64,000 nucleotides of DNA from NCBI GenBank assembly GCA_041746255.1, contig JBGTHM010000039.1:27701-91700 (forward strand), in the 5' to 3' direction. The stretch is from Fibrobacteria bacterium (GTDB lineage Bacteria > Fibrobacterota > Fibrobacteria > UBA11236). The notes beneath the pieces are model-generated. The model made no database searches, had not been told where the DNA came from, and saw only the letters and a list, made by a program, of their open reading frames with translations. Below are positions 60,109-64,000 of the stretch, piece after piece. The position numbers and the translations under genes are program-made. Position 1 is the stretch's first letter. Each line of letters begins with the position of its first letter.

Positions 60109-60762
60109 TTACTTGTGTAACAGCCTGAATGCATGGCTCCACTGGTTATGTAAAAAACCGGGTATACACCACAACATGGCCAAGGGCTCTATTGCGCGGG
60201 CGGCTTCGGCTCCACCCATATCCGCAGGTTCGAAACCGAATTGTACCAGGATGCGCTCGGCTTCCTTTTTCGCATCGCTATGGTTACCGCAATAAAACAT
60301 GGTGGGCTTTTCGCCTCCAAAATCCGGATTCACCATTGCGGCGGCGCCGATACAGCTGAAGGCTTTTACGAAGCGGGCTTTGGGATAGGTCGCCTGTAAT
60401 TGTTCCATGAGAGAGCGATCGAGGGAACTGAAGTATTTGAGTACCCCATTTTCCGGTGGGACCGCCGCGATGGGGTTGGTGGTATCCAAGATTAATTTGT
60501 TCGCAAGATTATCCGCGCCTGCTGCTTGCAAAGCAGCCTCCGCAGCGGCGCCTTTTACCGCGAAAACCAAGATTTCTCCAAATGCCGCTGCTTCGGCGAA
60601 GGATCCCACTTTGCCCTGACCCTCGGTGGCATTTACCCAATCCATCAAGTTTTCGGGATTACGGGTACCAATTGTCACTTGATAACCATGCCTCAGAAAT
60701 CCCTTGCCGAGAGTTTGGCCTACCGAACCCGAACCGATGATTCCGACTTTTCTGCTAGCCAT
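60109..60762 (-). CDS. NADP oxidoreductase, F420-dependent NADP reductase-like family
   Basis: GIIGSGSVG Rossmann motif; DTTNP, VKAF and ARAIEPL. Confidence 0.9.
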   Translation of the reverse strand: MASRKVGIIGSGSVGQTLGKGFLRHGYQVTIGTRNPENLMDWVNATEGQGKVGSFAEAAAFGEILVFAVKGAAAEAALQAAGADNLANKLILDTTNPIAAVPPENGVLKYFSSLDRSLMEQLQATYPKARFVKAFSCIGAAAMVNPDFGGEKPTMFYCGNHSDAKKEAERILVQFGFEPADMGGAEAARAIEPLAMLWCIPGFLHNQWSHAFRLLHK

Positions 60763-60903
60763 CGTTTTCGCTCCTTTGAGGAAATGGAAATATCCAAGGA
60801 AAAATAGGTATTCCGGGCCTTTTGGGAAAGAATGATGTGATTTTGGTTGCTTCTTTCCTTCACGAAGCTTGTTTTTTTAGTCGACTTACAGGGGTGCAAT
60901 CAA

Positions 60904-62043
60904 GTGGGTTACAAGAAAAGATTTTTAGGGTCGCTTGCTCTTGCACTTTGGCTTTTGCCTAGCCTTTTCGGGCAAGAACTACACATTTTTGAAATTGATC
61001 GGCTGGTTACCAAGTCGGACCGTGGTTTTCCATGGGAAGAGCCCCCCCATGTGTCGGTTAACGGGGATTGGACGCAGCCCGTGAACTATGCGGAAGGCGT
61101 GCTGTATTTTCGCGTCGAAATTCGGTCTCAGCCGGAATCACAAGACATGCAAATGCAATTTTGCATGTGGCAGAGAGGTCGGACGGGTGGATTCAAGGAA
61201 CTTGAGAATTGCGCGGAATGGAAACAGGTTCTGGGAGACTCGGGTTTTACCCTGACTTGGTCTACTCCGATATTTAGGATGTGGCAAAAAAATAACCGGC
61301 CACTAGACTGGGATAGAGAGAGACAAACCTATGGCATTGCGATTAAGAATGCAAAATTCGGTCCGGTATCGAACTTCAGTAATTATAACTGGAGCGGAGA
61401 GGACCCGGATAAATGGTATCCCTTGGATATGCGTTTCACAGCGGTGGTGGTTGCAAAGGGCTCAACCTTTTCCGGTTGGCAAAATTATCCGAGGGATGCC
61501 GCAACCATCCCCGGGAAGAATCCACCGGTAACGGAGCCGGAGCCTACGCCCGAGCCGGAGCCTACGCCCGAGCCGGAGCCTACGCCCGAGCCGGAACCGC
61601 AGCCTACGCCTGAGCCGGAACCGGAGCCCACGCCTGAGCCGGAACCGGAGCCTACGCCCGAGCCAGAACCGGAGCCCACGCCCCAGCCTGACCCGGAGCC
61701 TACGCCCGAGCCTGACCCGGAGCCCACGCCCGAGCCTGACCCGGAGCCCACGCCCGAGCCAGAACCGGAGCCTACACCTGAGCCAGAACCGGAGCCTACG
61801 CCCGAGCCTGTGCCCGAGCCTGACCCGGAGCCCACGCCTGAGCCGGAACCGGAGCCCACACCCGAGCCGGATCCTGTGCCCACGCCGCTAGCTCCTGGGG
61901 TGAGCCACGAGCAAGGAACGCGGAGAAACGGGGCGATTAATAATCCGGGACGATTCTATACCCCTGATGGTAGACGCGTTGCACCATCGGAAGAAAAACC
62001 TGGGGCTTTACCACGATTCAGGGGTAAGGAGTCCGGACGATGA
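60904..62043 (+). CDS. Secreted protein with Trp-rich N-domain and long Pro-Glu-Thr repeat stalk
   Basis: Signal peptide, about 170-aa Trp-rich domain, about 118-aa (PE)nPT repeat and C-terminal FYTPDGRRV. Start at 60847 or 60904. Confidence 0.8.
   Translation: MGYKKRFLGSLALALWLLPSLFGQELHIFEIDRLVTKSDRGFPWEEPPHVSVNGDWTQPVNYAEGVLYFRVEIRSQPESQDMQMQFCMWQRGRTGGFKELENCAEWKQVLGDSGFTLTWSTPIFRMWQKNNRPLDWDRERQTYGIAIKNAKFGPVSNFSNYNWSGEDPDKWYPLDMRFTAVVVAKGSTFSGWQNYPRDAATIPGKNPPVTEPEPTPEPEPTPEPEPTPEPEPQPTPEPEPEPTPEPEPEPTPEPEPEPTPQPDPEPTPEPDPEPTPEPDPEPTPEPEPEPTPEPEPEPTPEPVPEPDPEPTPEPEPEPTPEPDPVPTPLAPGVSHEQGTRRNGAINNPGRFYTPDGRRVAPSEEKPGALPRFRGKESGR
61534..61887 (+). repeat. Coding tandem repeat (18-bp, then mostly 24-bp units)
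   Basis: GAGCCGGAGCCTACGCCC x3, then degenerate 24-bp units encoding [16 protein letters not shown]. Confidence 0.92.
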
Positions 62044-62174
62044 CAAACCCCATGTTATTCTGAGAGTGGGTCTAATCGATGTCTCGATTAGCTTTTCCCA
62101 CTAGGTTGAAATTCCCGGAGGAAGAGTGAACCTTTTAAGGACCTTGAACCTATTCGGGAGTCAAAATCCAAGTA

Positions 62175-62735
62175 ATGAAGTTTCAGAAACCGTTAATCAA
62201 AATTCATACCGTCCTTGCCGCCTTTTTCCTCCCCGTCGGTATTATGTACGCCGTTACCGGCGGACTCTATACCTGGGGAATCACGGGAAATTATAATTCC
62301 CAAGAGTATCTTCTTGAGCTGGGAAAACCGGTCCCAGTCGATCTCTCAAGCCTGACTGCGTTGGCTGAGGAAGAGTTGGCCAAGAAGGCAATACCATTCC
62401 CAACGGGTGGCGCCCGCATCAGGAAGGTGGGAACATCTTACGCTCTCGAATGGTCGGGAAGCCGCCGGGATATCGAGATATCTCCCACTCCGGATTTCGG
62501 AGTCGCAAGGGTAAAAATCAAGGAAACCACGCCGCATCGGTTCTTCGTACAACTCCATAAGGCCAAAGCCGGCGCTGGATTTAAGGTTTATGCCGCAATT
62601 TGGGCAATTGGATTGTTGGGGTTATTCCTTAGTGGCGGGCTTATGGCCTTTTTCGCCAAGCCCTATCGCAAATTAGCCGGGGTGGCCGCGGGATTAGGCC
62701 TAGCAAGCTTTATCCTGATGGCTTTGACCAGCTGA
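62175..62735 (+). CDS. PepSY-associated TM-like membrane protein
   Basis: KIHTVLAAFFLP...VTG and QLHK motifs; three TM segments. Confidence 0.72.
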   Translation: MKFQKPLIKIHTVLAAFFLPVGIMYAVTGGLYTWGITGNYNSQEYLLELGKPVPVDLSSLTALAEEELAKKAIPFPTGGARIRKVGTSYALEWSGSRRDIEISPTPDFGVARVKIKETTPHRFFVQLHKAKAGAGFKVYAAIWAIGLLGLFLSGGLMAFFAKPYRKLAGVAAGLGLASFILMALTS

Positions 62736-62871
62736 TTTTTTCGCCAAAAATCCTCGACACCGATATTACGCTTGAGGGTCAGCTTTTAGCGCCAGAACCT
62801 CCAGTTTCACAATTATCAGCCTGATTCCCAAGGTTTTAACTATACCCTTTTGTGCCCATCCCCCGATTATA

Positions 62872-63174
62872 ATGTCTGGTGAACGGGGGATAGCAGTAAT
62901 GTCAAATTCGGGAAATTTACCGGAGCCGCCTCCGGCCTTTGCATCCTTGAGGCAATTAATCCATTATTATCGGGAATGGCTGGCAGCTGAAAAAATCGAG
63001 ACAACTTTGGTTCATGCCGGTCGGTTATTCGTGATACGTAGCGGAGAACGCCCCCCCGATGAGAGAAAACGATTTCTGAGATTATGCGCTTATGCGCTGG
63101 ACGCCGAGAGGCACCTTTCGCCGCATACCGAATCGGAGGGTTTGCAACTTCCCATCAAGGGCGTCATCGATTGA
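62872..63174 (+). CDS. Hypothetical protein, related to the next ORF
   Basis: 100-aa ORF sharing a residue pattern with 63222..63461. Confidence 0.55.
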   Translation: MSGERGIAVMSNSGNLPEPPPAFASLRQLIHYYREWLAAEKIETTLVHAGRLFVIRSGERPPDERKRFLRLCAYALDAERHLSPHTESEGLQLPIKGVID

Positions 63175-63221
63175 ATTCGCTGGCCACTGTTTCCGGTTTG
63201 AGGGGAAGGATGTTTCAATAA

Positions 63222-63461
63222 ATGCGGGAAGGGAAAGATAGACGCGAGGAGAGGTTTCACTTTCTGACACTGGAAGCCTTGTTGGAACACTATTCCGGGA
63301 TGATATCCGATGATCAAATGCAGGATATTGTTCTGGATGCGGCGCGTGATTTCAATCCCCGCGCGGAAACCACCGATGAAAGGTCCCGTTTACAATTCAT
63401 CCGCAAATGCGAATTGGCCATGGATACCGTGGCCGAGCTAAAGCGCGAAGGGGTATGGTAG
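63222..63461 (+). CDS. Hypothetical protein, related to the previous ORF
   Basis: 79-aa helical-looking ORF sharing a residue pattern with 62872..63174. Confidence 0.55.
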   Translation: MREGKDRREERFHFLTLEALLEHYSGMISDDQMQDIVLDAARDFNPRAETTDERSRLQFIRKCELAMDTVAELKREGVW

Positions 63462-63479
63462 CGCGGCTTAATAGCAATT

Positions 63480-63695
63480 CTATAAATCCCGGGCTTTTTC
63501 GCTACGGCAATCGCTTCTGGAAACCTCACCCAGCGGGGATTTCCAGCCCACTCTACATTTCATCACATCATAATTGCCGGTTCCATCGGGTGAAACATAA
63601 GTGACTTCCGGGCCAGGGGTATGACCTCCGGTGGCACATCCTGCCAGGAAGAGTGCTGCCGTTGCAATCATTGGTAGAAATATCAAAGCCTTCAT
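63480..63695 (-). CDS. Small lipoprotein (71 aa)
   Basis: GGAGGA RBS, lipobox LAGC and a C-terminal Cys pair. Confidence 0.7.
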   Translation of the reverse strand: MKALIFLPMIATAALFLAGCATGGHTPGPEVTYVSPDGTGNYDVMKCRVGWKSPLGEVSRSDCRSEKARDL

Positions 63696-64000
63696 TAATC
63701 CTCCGAGCGACACCCCATTCTATTAAGGTCGCGACCCAGGATGCAACTCGAATCGACTTATGCGGAGAAAAATCCAGGAGTGAAGGGTGGCCTAAGGGGC
63801 GGAACGCAGGGAATCACCGGGGTTAATGGAAGCTTTCCTATCGCACTATTCCATGGTGGGAACGATAGGGGAAACTTTCTAAATAGGTTCACTTCACCGA
63901 ATTTCCCACTCTGGGGTGGGTTCTATTTTTGAGAATGGGGAGGATCCCGACGTATGGGAACGCATGGTCTTGGTACCCGCATAGGCATGGCCCTTTTATC

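Noticed and set aside
61485..61883. Gly-Ser repeat ORF on the minus strand, and possible CRISPR-like periodicity
   Set aside because: It is the antisense shadow of the Pro-Glu-Thr coding repeat. The units are contiguous with no unique spacers and no cas genes.

Overview
Bacterial chromosomal window (about 55% GC by eye, densely coding). I found no rRNA, tRNA, CRISPR, transposase, integrase or phage genes. Many lipoproteins, PorV/FadL-like barrels and Gln-initiated secreted proteins hint at an FCB-group organism, possibly Fibrobacterota; this is tentative. Contents in order: (1) glgX and a hot-dog thioesterase; (2) a signalling operon of ECF sigma, an unknown protein, a ~1600-aa pseudokinase-AAA-GAF protein ending in a LytS-type kinase, and a LytTR regulator, preceded by a perfect 9-12-9 LytTR-style direct repeat; (3) DAHP synthase; (4) a trehalose/sugar locus with a six-hairpin glycosidase-like protein, a CUT1 ABC transporter, a nematode GOB-1-type trehalose-6-phosphate phosphatase, and a divergent TPS-TPP fusion whose phosphatase motif reads DxE; (5) a ~17-kb stress block (ldhA, sigma54 activator, two NifL-like PAS kinases, ppsA, persulfide-detox cluster with BigR-type ArsR, Hsp20-like gene, P-type ATPase, USP) tied together by recurring sigma54 -24/-12 sites and a TGYCA-N3-TGRCA-like motif, plus a ~175-nt palindromic element; (6) a GNAT-nitrilase fusion, an EamA transporter and a prolyl-hydroxylase-like oxygenase; (7) a metal-uptake operon led by a CxxC/RGPP DUF2946-like uORF; (8) a glutaminyl cyclase, a hybrid kinase and outer-membrane/lipoprotein clusters; (9) a Pro-Glu repeat protein and small orphan genes. 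All family calls come from motif recognition by eye; no database search was run.
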